A stretch of DNA of 64,000 bases from Trichoplax adhaerens. Taxonomy: Eukaryota; Animalia; Placozoa. Position numbers and translations under genes: made by a program. The notes under the pieces are model-generated. The model did no database searches. It was given only the letters and a program-made list of their open reading frames with translations, and was not told where the DNA came from. This document shows, piece after piece, positions 39,901 to 53,734 of the stretch; position 1 is the first letter of the stretch; the number at the start of each line of letters is the position of its first letter. The stretch is taken from NCBI RefSeq assembly GCF_000150275.1, contig NW_002060983.1, positions 55,356-119,355 on the forward strand. Direction: 5' to 3'.

Positions 39901-42237
39901 AGTTCTTTAATTCAATACTTCCAGATAGAATTCAATTTGTAAACTAAAGTAAATAGTTATATATTTAAGCTGTCTTTGATGAAAGCTAAATGGCAAGTTA
40001 ATTATATCATACTATCAATGTTTACAGTAGGCATTGTATCTATTTAAGAATTAATTCTATGCTGAAGCTGTTGCGTTGACACAATTTCAAGATAAACCTT
40101 ATTTCAATATGAAATGAACTGTACACGAACGGTCAGCTATCGTTCTTTTACAAAAGGCTTGAACAGTAAACGCTGTTAGTCAGTATTATTTTTGGTTGCT
40201 TACCTTCAAGTATCACATTAGGGAATTACTCAAAGTTAGGGTTAAGTAAGTGAGCCTACAAAAACAGTAGGAAAATATTACTCGGCCATTACAGCATTGT
40301 TACAAACCCAGTAACACAAGACTTCACTTACTAAGTGTTGAGAACTCACTTTTTATTGATACTTCCTTTATATACTTTTACATGTAATTGGGTAAACAAT
40401 AATATTATTCATTGAATTATTCCATACTAAGCAGGTTATGTCGTAACTAGTAAATATGGAGTGATCATAACAAGACTTTAATAAGAGACCTTAACACATT
40501 TGGGTTGTTTTTCTACCTACATAACAAAATCATCTAAGTTATCTTATCACATAAATATAATTCGCGCATGCGTAATGTCATTAATAAATTATAAAGCTAG
40601 AGATAGGAACTAATCATATGTTTTCTATTTCACGGCAGTTTCCTGACCGTGACAAGCATATATCTACGAAAGAATATTTATCGCCCGAAATCATGATAAT
40701 CTCATCAAATACCAAAGTATGCTATCTGACGTAAAAAAAAAAGTATTAGTTATCAATATTCACTTCATGAAACTACGACTGACAACCATTTAGTTTTATT
40801 GCATCATTGCAGGTAAAATATCATACTATATTGCCTAATTAATAAAATTAATAAATTCTAATTTATAAATTGTCATTTAGAATTTTATTTGTGGTAGCTC
40901 AAACAGCAAAAAGCACAAATATAGTAGTAGTTCTGAGTATTTATTGATTCATATATGCAAAAGGCATAATTTGTAGTATATAATGTAATGAGTCTTCAAT
41001 TTCGAAATAAATAACAGCAATATCCAGATTGGGAGTTACTCTCAAAATAATTAGCGAATTATAGTTAATAAATGTCTTAGAGAGTTATTAGCTTATTTAT
41101 ATCTTGTCCGCTTTAATAACCACAGCTGTTGAGTACAGTTTAACAAATTTGAAGATTAATATGCTACGATGCTGATCTAAATTTGACTGCATGTTTACAT
41201 CCAGCACGATATAAATTCTTCAAATAATAACATGTGATAATAGGATAACTTTATTGTGTGCGCAATTTTGATAACATTATGCCTATTTTTATTAATCAAT
41301 TAAAGTAGTACAAAATAAACAAATAATTATTCTATTCAATTATTCTCTATTTGCACGATTTCAATAAGCTAATGTATCAGATAATCTATTAATAATTATT
41401 CTCTATTTACTATTTGGAAACAGAACGTCACTTTTCTGTAACATATTTTCCTAACAAAACAATAATTCAATTTTTTCCCAGATCCTTTTGTTTTTAATAT
41501 TTAGTAAGAATTTGGTACACAAAATCAATTCTTTTGTTTTTAATATTGTAATATAAAAAACACTATCAAGTAAACGTATTAGACTGCCTTAACATAAGCG
41601 TTTATGTAGCATAATAATTATCAACTTAAAATCAATCATTCAGATGAGAAGATTTTAACATAAGCTATACGAAAAAAGTAAACGGCAGCTTTATTATTTA
41701 TCGGAAAAATGTCGGAACTAAAATTTTTCTTCTTGATGTGCTTCCGACGTAATTCATAATTAAGTAATAAAATTATTATACTTTTTGTTCAGTTTAATGA
41801 TAATAATACTTTCATCGAGAAATATTTAATATAAAATTTTTCTCTTTATTAATGATATGCGAGTCACAAAATTTTATAGGAAACAAATATTACAGTGTTA
41901 AGTTTATGTATATTTTGATTAGTAGCTAATACTCTACATAAATTAGAAGTTTTTTTGCTAGTATTAAATGAAATTAAAAAATAAAGAGAAAAAAGTATTG
42001 CCGTAAATCAGATTAACATTTACATTTGCTGTTATTATTCATAAAGCTTTATTTGTATAATTTAGATTCATCGAGACGTACTTGAACAGGTAATTATTGC
42101 CAAGTAAAACCTAACTTTATTTATATATTATCGTTCATAATTGAAATTTTTACCAGTACTAGTGATACAACTGACACATGGTGTTATCTACTATTTCATT
42201 TCTAGGCGATGGTGAAGCTTTAAAACCTTAATCTGCA

Positions 42238-43317
42238 ATGAATAATACCTCACTGATAATGTTTTTACCAACAAAGCAGCTTCGAATAATCTATTTATCT
42301 GCTTGCCTAATTTTACTCCCAATTTTATCGATTGGTATAGTTGGTAATCTACTTTTAGTCAATACCATTGTCAAACATAAAAAGTTTCATACGCCATCTT
42401 ATTACCTGTCTGCCAATATGGCTATCTCCGACGTTATGCTGTTAGCATGTAGTATCATTTATCTTTCTTTAAATGCATTACTTGCCGTGGAAGTTGAAAT
42501 GGAAGCTATTAATATGAAATTGGCTTGCCAAATAAATGCATTTATTATTGGTTCATCTTATTTAACATCTTCACAAACGTTTGCTGTAATTAGTATAGAC
42601 CGGTATATTATTATGAATAATAACTATTTTAATCACTATTCTCCATTTAGGAGCAAAGTAGTATTATATCTCATTATTGCTTCTATATGGACTATTGCTT
42701 TGATCTTATCTCTTAGACTATACTTGACTGTAGATAGTCATCCTAGATTTCCTTATCTGTGTGATATTAAGCCAGTCGATGATCAAAATAATTATTCAAT
42801 GTCTGTATATCATATCGTTGCTGCTGTTGTATCCTATCCGATTCCACATCTAATCGTGGTTATTCTATATTTGAAAATAATTTACCGCATGAAGTCATCC
42901 TACGGAAGTAATCCTGCAGTTTTTAGTAATAGGCGTTATCACCATCAGATTAATGCCACGAAAATGATGATAATGGCAACTAGTTTATTTATAATTAACG
43001 CACTGCTACTGTTTTTGATATGGGTAAAAGTAGCTATCACCAGAAAATCTCTAGCCGAATTAATTATAGCTTATGGTCGGCCTTTCGTCATGCCTATTGC
43101 AGTATCATTGTTTTTGGCTACTTTAACTGGTGTTCAGAATGCAATTACTTATTTTTCTTATAATAAGGGCTTTCGTCTTGCTTTAAAAATGTACCTGGTA
43201 CGGAATTTGCAAGTTAATAATGTAACAGAAGTATCAGTTGAAATAATAGTAGTTTTAGTGCGTATATATAGCCTCTTTACTATTATTTCTTATTGTTTCA
43301 CTCTTACCTATTTTTAA
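42238..43317 (+). CDS. Class A GPCR, array member (359 aa as unspliced ORF; 3' end uncertain)
   Basis: NMAISD, SIDRY, YLCD and YPIP present; the TM6 and TM7 prolines are substituted (NALLL, QNAITY). Confidence 0.85.
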   Translation: MNNTSLIMFLPTKQLRIIYLSACLILLPILSIGIVGNLLLVNTIVKHKKFHTPSYYLSANMAISDVMLLACSIIYLSLNALLAVEVEMEAINMKLACQINAFIIGSSYLTSSQTFAVISIDRYIIMNNNYFNHYSPFRSKVVLYLIIASIWTIALILSLRLYLTVDSHPRFPYLCDIKPVDDQNNYSMSVYHIVAAVVSYPIPHLIVVILYLKIIYRMKSSYGSNPAVFSNRRYHHQINATKMMIMATSLFIINALLLFLIWVKVAITRKSLAELIIAYGRPFVMPIAVSLFLATLTGVQNAITYFSYNKGFRLALKMYLVRNLQVNNVTEVSVEIIVVLVRIYSLFTIISYCFTLTYF

Positions 43318-43776
43318 TTAATAACCTTTCTATTTATTTATCATAGATCGATTCAGCAGCGTGCCGATAATTCTTAGAACAAATTTGAATACTAGGGAAA
43401 ACTTATCTCCTTATCAGCTTAGCGATCAATATCTGCATTAAATTTAAAATTATGCTATCAAAAAAATTTCAAGCATTCGCCTAAATAAAGACACAACTCT
43501 GACTATCTGATTGTATCATCAAAATTGCATAGGTAAAACGTAAGAGATTTAGATACTCATTCTAAGTTATATCTATAGGCCATATTATACTTCGTAAATT
43601 AAAAGGTTACTTTACGACTTAAATGTAAGGTCTATGCAATTTCTCATTTTGCTAATTTATGTGAATAATTAATAATCCATTAATTGAGAAAAATGGCGGT
43701 ATGATAGATTAAACTTTAAGTTCAGCTATTAAAATGATATCTACATGTCACGGTATGAACTACCGTGAAGAAATAG

Positions 43777-44939
43777 TGTCACAAAACAGCTTTGCAGCAA
43801 GATAACGCAATATACGATTGTCATGTAACTAGTATTGTGATTGTAGACTGCTAGCCATGTTTAGTATAATGTACGGTAGATATTATCCTAAGATATATTT
43901 GGTAGCTATAACTATAGACTGTAGTGGTAGAGACTCTATGCTAGAGTACAGATGACTATATACAGTAAGCTGTTGAGTTACTAATATGGCTATAGGTAAA
44001 AATAGAACTGTAAATCATATATTACGATACGGTTAATTCATTGTACTTTGGCTGGTGTGAATAATGTCTACGTAAGTACTGTAGTCGTATCCATATTGGA
44101 TTAATGATGGTCCGCAGTAGAATAGTGTCACTAAGAATAATTTAACTATGTGTAAAATAAGTTAAAAAGTTGCTATGCAGATTGTAGCTGCGAATGCTAC
44201 GAAAAGTATAAAAGCATGCAACTTTAGATTATTCAGTTAGTAGTATTCGGCTAAAGTAGAGCTGTGTGTAGTTAATCTTTGTATAAGATTCAATAAAGCC
44301 CTAATTTTTCTAAAATTTGGAATTTCGTGATTGGTATATATCACAACGATCAATAAGTCAATTCCTTGAACCACGTATCAAAGAATGATATCTGCACTAT
44401 CACGAACACTTTTGCTCTACTAGCAGACTACACAAAGACTTAAACACCTCGTATTTTACGTTAAACACTAAGCTTGAGAATTCTCTTCATTTCACGATAT
44501 ACTGAATTTATATACTATTCCTCAAAAGTTCATGAGTCATAGTTAATACAATTAAACTCGGAATCATTTACTGAATTAGATATTAAGTTTAGCTACTGTT
44601 CCCTTAATGCAGACAACAGTATTTACGAATATAGACATGTAATGACTCATACAGAATAGTCAGATTACGATATGTCCTATCACGGAATATTTCCATGATA
44701 ATTTACAATCTATCATAAGTAAATTACAATCACAATGATTGGAACTGTAAGTAGATGATTTGCATTCCCTATTATAACTATTAATTTCAGTATGTATATA
44801 TAAGTGTCACTGTCATAAAAGTCAGTGCTTTATTAAAACACAGTATATCCAAATTAGAAGTTAACTAAATAAGGATAGTCTAACAGAATTATTTTAACAA
44901 AGATGTTTCTACATTAATACAGTATATAACACTGTAACA
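43777..44939 (-). mobile_element. Family A copy nested in G and interrupted by C
   Basis: Perfect TSD AATAG (43772-43776/44940-44944). Confidence 0.9.
43819..44345 (+). mobile_element. Family C copy (527 bp) nested in A
   Basis: Perfect TSD ACGAT (43814-43818/44346-44350). Confidence 0.9.
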
Positions 44940-45399
44940 AATAGCTATCTAAATTTGATGAATATAATATAGTGATAATATATTACAACTAGTTATTTAT
45001 AATAGTAATTACTTTAATTATAAATGTGTTACAGCAAATTTAATGCTGTACTGTAATGTGCACTGAAATGATTCTGTGAATGGACATGTTGTAGTCCAAC
45101 TGTAAAAAATTAGTTAGTAGATGTTCTCACCTAAGTATTTTTATAAGATGACTCGTGAATGTTAGCTACTATAGAAGGTTATATAAGCTCCGTCAGATAG
45201 CTAAATAAAGCAGTTCTTAATTGTCTAGCTGAGCTTAACGTAGAATTAAAGGCGTCTAAATTCTTGTGAGTAATTATACTGATTCCGCAGATTTTTAGAG
45301 ATTTAGAGATTTATTTTACGTTATCCTTGTCACGAAGCTAGTTTATGACACTACATTTCACTTTTTTTCGATGTTGAGTTCAGTTTGACAGTAAAAAAT

Positions 45400-47450
45400 T
45401 ACTGTCGTAATGTAGTTTATAGGGAAGCTTTGCATTGAAATAGTGATTATAATACTATACTTAGGATAAAGCGTCTCAATTTTTTTCTTTAATATTCTAA
45501 AATTAATGCTATAAAAACTATTTTTCGAATGGAGCAAACTGAATATTTAAATAGTCATTTCATAGCAGCTTAATAAACAAACACTTGTATAACCATTATT
45601 GATACCCCATAAGCCTATCAGTATTTAGAGCAGAGATTTGACGCTTTAAATGAAAAATGATCATATCTTTGATGCTGTATTCTAAAGCTTGATATAAGAT
45701 CTAAATAATCTTTATCTGTTGATTAATACTGTACTAAAATGCAAAGGTTTACTATTTAAATAATCAAATCATAAAAGAAAATTTAAAAAATAACTTTTGT
45801 TTAGTTGACATTACTTATTACAACTCAACTGTCTTCTAATATTATTATTGCGAAGTATAAGGAGCAAGGAAGTCACCAGAACTTCAAACGTAAGAGTCTT
45901 CAGAATTTTATTCTTAATACTTAGAAATTTTTTTCTTTCTTGCTAGAGTATTTCGATTTTAAAATGTTTGGAATTTAAAATTAATTCAAACAGAAATAGA
46001 ACTAGTAAATTTGCTTGTTCGTGATACTTTGCGTAATTAGCCGGCTGAATAGAATAATTCTGGCTGTATTAGAATAATTTAATATCCTACAATACAGTAT
46101 AAATTGAAAAAGTTGATAAATTCAGAAGCTAATAGTAGTAGAAACTTCCTGGTGTCCTAAAAAAATTAAAAATTTACTGGTTCCTTATTTCAAGATTTTA
46201 ATCTAGTCTGCACAGATTGTAAAGTTTTCTAATGCTTTTTATTCTAAATAAGCACGTGAAGAGCATTTTAATGTAGCTCTTATTAAAATTCTATGACATA
46301 AGGCCGTAAAATATATGAATTTATTATTTTAAGTAAGCTCTAATGTCCACCGATAATTTAGGGTCAACTAGAAAAATTCCATTTTTCTACTGTAGAGTAA
46401 GTGGTCTTTAAAAGCATCTGAACAGTTCAAGTTGTAATCTTGGTCTTTTTATTCCTCTGACAAAAACGTTTTAATGTTAAACGAAATTGCTAGTACCAAA
46501 TAATTATCAATGCTTTAAACAAAATGGATATTTCTTAAAGACTAATTTAAATTACAAATAGATTCTAATATTTATTCGTATTTAGGAGTGTCAAGGTACG
46601 AACTACCGAGAAGAAATAGCTATCTAAATTTGGTTAATATAATATAGTGATAATATATTACATCTAGTTCCTTACAATAGGCATTACTCTAATTATAAAT
46701 GTGTTACAGTAAATTTAATGCTGTGCTGTAATGTGCACTGAAATGATTCTGTGAATGGACATATTGTAGTCCGACTGTGAAGAACTAGTTAGTAGATGTT
46801 CTCACCTAAGTATTTTATAAGATGACTTGTGAATGTTAGCTGCTGTAGAAGAGTATATAAGCCCGTCAGATAGTTGAATAAAGCAGTTCTCAATTGTCTA
46901 GTTGAGCTTAACGTATAATCAAAGGCGTCTAAATTCTTGTGAGGTAGTTAAGGGATATTGAATTCCGGAAGACTATAGTAATTTAGAGATTTATTTTACG
47001 TTATCCTTGTCACGAAGCTGGTTGTGACAAGGAGTTATTATGTAATATCTAAAAAAGTTTATTCAATTTCGTGCTGTTCGTGGTTAAAATTTAAAATCAC
47101 CTTTGAGCAATTTATTAAATCAAATTCTATGATAATTAAATTAGCTACAGTTAATGGCAAACGATCATGGTTTTGCAAAGTAGCTATCGCTAATACCCTT
47201 CATCCTCAATACATGCTCATATTACATCCCGATAAATTAAAATCTTGGGAACTTGACTTCTTACTATTACAGCATTTAAAATTAACTTTGATAATTTTCT
47301 CATTGGATTGGAAGAAATTCATTAATAGTAATAATCTGCTAAATTTACTTAAGCTATTTTTCAGAACAATAAAACGATCGAAGCCTAGTTTTTTACTGTC
47401 TAATATTAATAAATTATGGCCGTTAATTTATTCGAAAATATGAAAATTAT
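45400..47450 (+). mobile_element. Fossil Gypsy pol (RT...INT), with G inserted
   Basis: FDALNE...LKLDIRSK* (45637-45705; cf. LDAL.G...SKLDLRSGY). ORF 47024-47443 is integrase-like (SW...FEQFIKS...ELDFL...PSFLLSN). Confidence 0.55.
46589..47029 (+). mobile_element. Family G copy (441 bp)
   Basis: Perfect TSD AGGAG. Confidence 0.9.
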
Positions 47451-48229
47451 AGAATAGTAGTTGCCTAATACATTTGCAATTTATGGCCATTGAGAACTTA
47501 AATAGCGTGAAACAAAACATTTACTACTTGAATTGCTATTCGATCTACAACAGTTAATTAACTGAGAATGACAAATGAATTTTAAGGCGATAGTATCCAG
47601 TTGAAATAAATAAGCGGAACATTGGATTTGGTTTGTTGGTCATTATTATTAAATTTATGGTAAACTTATTATAATTTTTAACCGAATATAAGAGTAACTA
47701 AATTATATCGAATCGATATATGCTAAAATTTAATCAAATTTAATTTTAATTATATCTTTATTGAAGCATAGCAAATACGTACTCAGCATTTTATTGTAAG
47801 TGTCAATAAAACGGCTTCATCCGCTTTACACAACTAGATTATTTACTGATACGACTCTTTCAGAGCAGTTTATTTAATGGTATCTTTGTTTCTAATGAGA
47901 ACATATACCGATATTCATAAACCTTTTACTACTTCTAAACTTACATTTTTAAGACTTTAATGTATTAACTTAAACTCGTTAATAGAAGTTTCATTTTAAT
48001 TGCGATGAAACACTCCCGACGAAAATTTGTGAAAGTGAACCGTTATTGATAAACCCGATCTTGATTTTTACCAATTTAGCAGCATTCATATCTTTCGGTG
48101 ATATTAATTTTATAAATTAAGGTATAAGAAACACTCACATTAACATAATTTTAAATTTATTAAAACAATACGGCAAAATAACTAAATCGCAACTTGGTCA
48201 GTAGAATTACAAATTCACTAAGAATCTTT

Positions 48230-49150
48230 TCATTATTTTAAATCAATATATTAATCCTAGCGATTTTATACTGTTGGAACGTCTTACTCTTATCATATAT
48301 GCTAATTTACTAGTCATCAGCATCATAAGCATATTGTTAAATTTTGCCTCCACAATTACAATATTTCGCAATAAAAAGTTTCGTTTTCCATCGCACTTTC
48401 TACTTTGTAACAAATCAGCAGTAGATTTAATCGCTATAATTGTAGGTACTTGTAGCAACTTATGGCTATATAGGAAACCTACGACTAGAATCATAACCTC
48501 AGCAGTGATTTATGAATTATGGTTCCACGCTTAAAATCTGGGTATCTCCATTTCTGCTTCATCATTTGTTATTATTGGGATAAAATGATTCCTAAAAATC
48601 AATGTAAACTGTGATAGAAAGTCACTATTCGAATCAGCGAATGTTATATTCTTATGAGTTTAATAACCTCATAGCTAGCAGGTTTGGGATTTAGTGTTCC
48701 TGTAAATGAAAATGTTGTCGTTAATTTGCGATTTTTCTTTACATGTACAAGAAAACAATATAGCATCTATATATTACGCTATTATTGCTATATCATGATA
48801 TCTTCTGGCTTCAATTATTGTATTATTTCTATACTTCAAAATTATTAAGAGAATTGAATCTTCAATTTTTACGATTAGCGCAAGTAACAAAGTGGATTAT
48901 TGTCATTGATACATAGAGACATTAGCTGACTAAAATTCTAGATAGTCTGGATTTTATATTATAGACACAGAATTATTTTAATATGAATATAAAGCTAATT
49001 GTAATATTTTAACAATTGGAAAGGTTTGCACTGATAAAAGTACTACCAGTCGACTAATGCTAATTTTCATATGAAATAAATTATCATTCAGTATAGCATA
49101 ATTTTAACCATCTTGATTCTTTTGTATAAATCCAATTTCAATTATCATAA
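48230..49150 (+). pseudogene. Old GPCR pseudogene of the array family
   Basis: ORF 48274-48534 ILLNFASTITIFRNKKFRFPSHFLLCNKSAVD matches TM1-TM2 of neighbours. Downstream ISASSFVIIGIK*F (DRY region) and RKSLF are followed by many stops. Confidence 0.75.
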
Positions 49151-50386
49151 GAGAATATTTCATTTTAAATGCGGTAACCAACTCTGCATGGTAGTTTACA
49201 AGCGAACAAATTCGTCAGCTTTCCATTAATTCAACAGCATTTAACCTTACTATTAAATTTCATATAATTCAATTTGTCAAAATATCAAGTTTTCTATTCC
49301 CGTTAATGGCATAAATTTTCTGTAACATTTATGTCACCAAAGAAATTTGTTTTACTACATTATAACTAATAATGTGTTCGATAAAAACTTTCCTTGATCA
49401 TGTCATGTTTACATCGTGATATACTTTATTGCTCTTATTAATTCAATCGATAAATATTCCTACTGAACGAAAAATAAAATGTACCCTTAAGATAGGCAAA
49501 AATTTATCTTTACTAGCCCCGTTCTAAGATATACATAATGATACCGATACTTAAGCCTACGGATTGTTAAGCACGTCCAGCATGATAAATATTAATTACC
49601 TAGTAAATACTAGTGGTATACCATGTTATGCAGAAATTTATTTTTGCATCTTTGAATTTCTCGACTTTTATTTGTGCCATTATTGACTTTATATAAATCA
49701 TAACATAATTAATTTAACCATAATCATCACAGCAATGTAATACTTTTAAGTCGTAATAGTTCGCATATATTAGGTACAACAAATCTATTGCGATGAGATA
49801 TGCTTAGTTAAAATTCTTCTTTGATATTTGTCGTTTGATTTTTCATTGCTTGAACTATGAAGAAAATAAAGTATTACGAGTAAATATAAAGATAAGAGAT
49901 AAAGATCTGGAAGCTACGATACTTGATATTTCGCCAGACTTGAACTACCGCATGAACTTTTGCAGCTACCAGAAATATGCAATATGCGCGGATAAAATGA
50001 GTAAAATGATTTGATGCGTTATTTAACTTTAAATTATCAATCAAATACTGAATTTGATAAATAAATAATATTGGTCTATTTTAACATCAATTTGGAAATA
50101 TTATACAAATACGGAAAGTTCTATGGATAATGGGAGCTTGACCTACAAAAAGCTTAAAGTAACTATAAAAGTAACTTTAAGGGTCAAAAAATCAAATCTA
50201 TGGACTTAGTGATAACAACTAATTGATTCTGTAGCTTTAATAATTGCATCGCATTATCGTAGAATCATCTTAAATGATAATATAGATTTCTTATCTGCAT
50301 TTTAAGAGTTTAATATGCAAGTATAGAACAGTAAATTATTTAGAGGAATTCTAGTATTTACGAAAATTGAAAACATCGTACACACT

Positions 50387-50723
50387 TGTCACGGTGCTTA
50401 CGCACCGTACCAAAATAGTACATGCTTTGTGGCTACAATGATATTGTAAGCCGAAGAGATTACGTAACCAGATATAGGTTGTGGAAGGTACGATTTAAAT
50501 TGTGATGTGTTAAAGGTCATTTATATCTATAGTTGGATTAGTAGTATTCTAAGAGATGTGTAAAAGCTTGTTGATAAAATCTGTTTAAACGACTGGACAA
50601 ATTAATAAAAGTTAGTTCTTAGTTCCTAAGGTTAGAAGTGTAACGGAAATCGAAGGCGTACGAATTCTTGCGAGATCGTAGATTCGATCACAACGTTATT
50701 TTGTCACACGAAAGTTTTTTACA
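50387..50723 (+). mobile_element. Short solo-LTR-like family H (337 bp)
   Basis: TGTCACGG...TTACA termini; TSD ACACT/ATACT (4/5); AATAAA at ~50604; 3' end resembles G. Confidence 0.72.
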
Positions 50724-50849
50724 ATACTACATAAATAAAGCAGAATTGTATTTTAATACGCGAGTAGATTTAATTGCGCTGTTACTAATTAAGCTTTACA
50801 TATTTAATATCATTCAATCCTAGTTCCTAAAATGATTGCACTTGGCACA

Positions 50850-53734
50850 AATACTCAGTAATGAAATCATATTCCATTTCATAGAGCATTAGCTTATCAT
50901 AAAATCGATCAAAATATTGTTATGTCATTACCAATACTGAAGTCAATTAAGTAAGGGTGTTTACCAAATGAGAGAAATATCGAGACTTGGCAAAGCAATA
51001 ATTGAACAAGCAGAAGTTAGACGCTCTAGATTTCAAATAAACTAACTCTAGACATTACAGAAGGAAGGTCAGGGTTCAGCCAGTACAGCTGTAGTAGATA
51101 CATATTACAGAATGGGCGATTATTGCGTATTTTACTTAAAAATAATAATTTTTACAAGTTGTCATACCGATATATAGGATTTCTCTAACAGACATCGATA
51201 ATTGAATCATACATAATCACAGAAAATAAGAGAAAACACCCGTTAGAAGTTATTTTAGACAATTATAAACGGCATAGTGATCAATTTTAATTTATATGGT
51301 GCAGGATTTGTATTTAAAATCTCAATATGTTACGTGCTTTTATTAGTTGATAAATCTTAACTATGATATATAATCATGTAAATGTAAAAATGTTACAAAT
51401 CTTCTTCTTTGTAACAAGAAACCGGGTCTTAAACACTAGCTTCACTAGTACTTGTATTTCCAACTAACTTAGGGACCTATCGTAGTTGAACTAACTCTCA
51501 GCTACACAAAAAACTACTATTGAGTAATAGGTTTAAATACTTTACTTTATTTTCGTTAACCTTAGTCGTAAAATGTACTAAAGAAAAACGTAAGAATATT
51601 CTTAGCTATAATAGTCAAAAGATCCTGCAAATGACTAACTGGAACTGAGAAGCTAAGCTAGTGCTCCGCTTTTTATAGTCTCGCCGATGGTACACTTGTG
51701 AATATTCTTGAAATAGCGGCTTACACTGTACAGTATACATATCCTAGTATAGCAACTAGAGCCTCAAGGCTCTGCAAAGTAATTGATCTTACACTTAATA
51801 TCGTTAGTAGGTTTCAGAAAATTAATATCTAAGTTCTTATTAATTTTATCTCATAAGATTATTTGTTTAAACTTTCTTTAATTAAATTATGGTAGATGAC
51901 GAAAGAAATGTAAAATAGGCGTATATCTCGTGAATACTGGTTAATAATCTTTATGATAAATCACCATGCAAAAAAACGCTACATTTAGGGTATTTTCGGT
52001 GTTAAGTTATGTTAGCTAGCTTTTGAAAATGCTTCTTGCTATGGCAGCTTAAATAATCGATATATAAAATTTAGAATCTATTTCTAATTGCAGTTGCTTT
52101 ATCAATGAGCTATGCAGAGATATACTCGCATATTAGTCTGCGAAATTCGCCTTACCAGCTGTGTATTGTCATAAAAAATTATTATTGCCGTGTAACTTTT
52201 TTACGACGGTAAAGAGCCTAGAAGTAATGAAAGTCTCGATTACAGGAAAAAGGTTAATTGGTCCTGAGACAAAACTCCTTAATTATTTCATGAACTATTA
52301 TATTGAACATTATTAAACCCTTTGTATCTGGTCTTCTTAATATGTCGAATACTCAATTTTTACTATTTAGACATAACTGTAGCAATGATATCATAATATC
52401 CATGTAGACCTTTTAAAATAAAACAATATATAGCAATCAGAACTGCAATATATTTCTTAAAAGAGCCTAAAAAACATTTCTTGATTGCAGATATATAATA
52501 TAGCAAGTAATATTAAGCTATTAGTTTATTCAAAGCATAGCTATCAAATACAAGTCTCGAGAACTGTCATTGAGGTGACTAAATCAACATAACTTAAGGT
52601 TCAAGAAGGTTTTTGCTAATGTAACTAGAGGAAGCAAAAACACCTGTAAAGAATAGTTCTATTTCTTCATCTTAAGCGTCCAAGTAACTCATATTCATAT
52701 AACTATCAAGACAATTTGCTTGAGTATTTTCCAGTAATATCGAATTTCTTAGTTTTCATTTTAATAAATACTAAGAGAAATTGTTTTGATTCCGTAAGGT
52801 TGCATTTAATATCTATTTCCCTTCAATCTTTCTAATCGACTATTTAGCAATTATGTTTGATTATCAGCTATACAATCTGTAAGAATCAAGCGAAAAATAC
52901 TTTGTTAAGTACTAACAATTTTAAATTAATATCGTCAGCTGTGAAATCGTAAGTAATAAAATACTTTCTAGTATTCATGGACAAAACTCTTTATAATATT
53001 TATGCACTAATAATTCATAAACTATTACAATTTTAAGAACTAAAAAGTTAATGATAGCTTTAGCTGCAATAGATATTGTAACCTCCAATCTCTGGTTTAT
53101 CTTTAAAACTGAATTAAATGAAGTTTATATATTAATTAGTAAAATCATCTAAGCTAAGAACGTAAAGCAGTAATAGACTTAGAAAAATTGCCTTAATATT
53201 AATTGTTTGAAGAAAATAAGCAGACAGAATATTATAGTTAATGCCTTATCTCATGCATTATTTAAAGTCGGCGGTTACTTATTAGGTTACAATGGTTATT
53301 TTGCTTCGAAGCGAATAGGTCGATTAAATCCTAGTTTAGGCTAGTTATCTTAGACAATAATATTTCGTATATGAACTAAAATTAGGTACGAGTAGTAGAT
53401 TATAATGGTTTACTTGTAAAACAGTTATGTTAAGAATATTTTTTAAGCCTTTAGCGTACTGACTATGACGAAGCTAAGATAGCTTGCGTTGTACTCTAAC
53501 TATCAGATATTCTCAAGCTAATTACTTTAAGCGTTCATAAACCAAGTTAGTTACCTTAGACTAAATACTACTTTAGTCACTATCGTAGAATACCGAAAGC
53601 AATCAAACACTACAAATATTGTGGAATCCGTCGATCATGATTAATTGTTTGATAATACAAGACTTACAACCTAAGAATATGGCTTACTAAAAGTAATTAT
53701 ATTTCGCTATGTTGTCATACACTAATTTGTGATC
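50850..53734 (+). mobile_element. Fossil Gypsy with INT-RT-RH order (Gmr1-like), ending in a PPT-like tract and a decayed 3' LTR
   Basis: NIVMSLP (50913), QNG (~51108), NRVL..TST..*GP (GPY/F, 51420-51480), LP-13aa-FFTTV (52152-52210), PF..GLLN, NDIII (52384), 80-codon RNase H ending RQNIIVNALSH (53254), AAAGTCGGCGG, then LTR-like 53280-53734 with a G/H-like 3' end. Confidence 0.55.

Larger units (their letters stand above)
43746..45350 (+). mobile_element. Family G copy, outer shell of a triple nest
   Basis: Perfect TSD CTACA (43741-43745/45351-45355); G sequence at 43746-43776 and 44945-45350. Confidence 0.9.

Noticed and set aside
41320-41550. Short AT-rich direct repeats
   Set aside because: Low complexity, only two copies, no spacer structure; not CRISPR-like
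47024-47443. 139-aa ORF as a functional or domesticated gene
   Set aside because: It starts at GTG inside the G terminus and the integrase Cys/Asp residues are corrupted; treated as fossil
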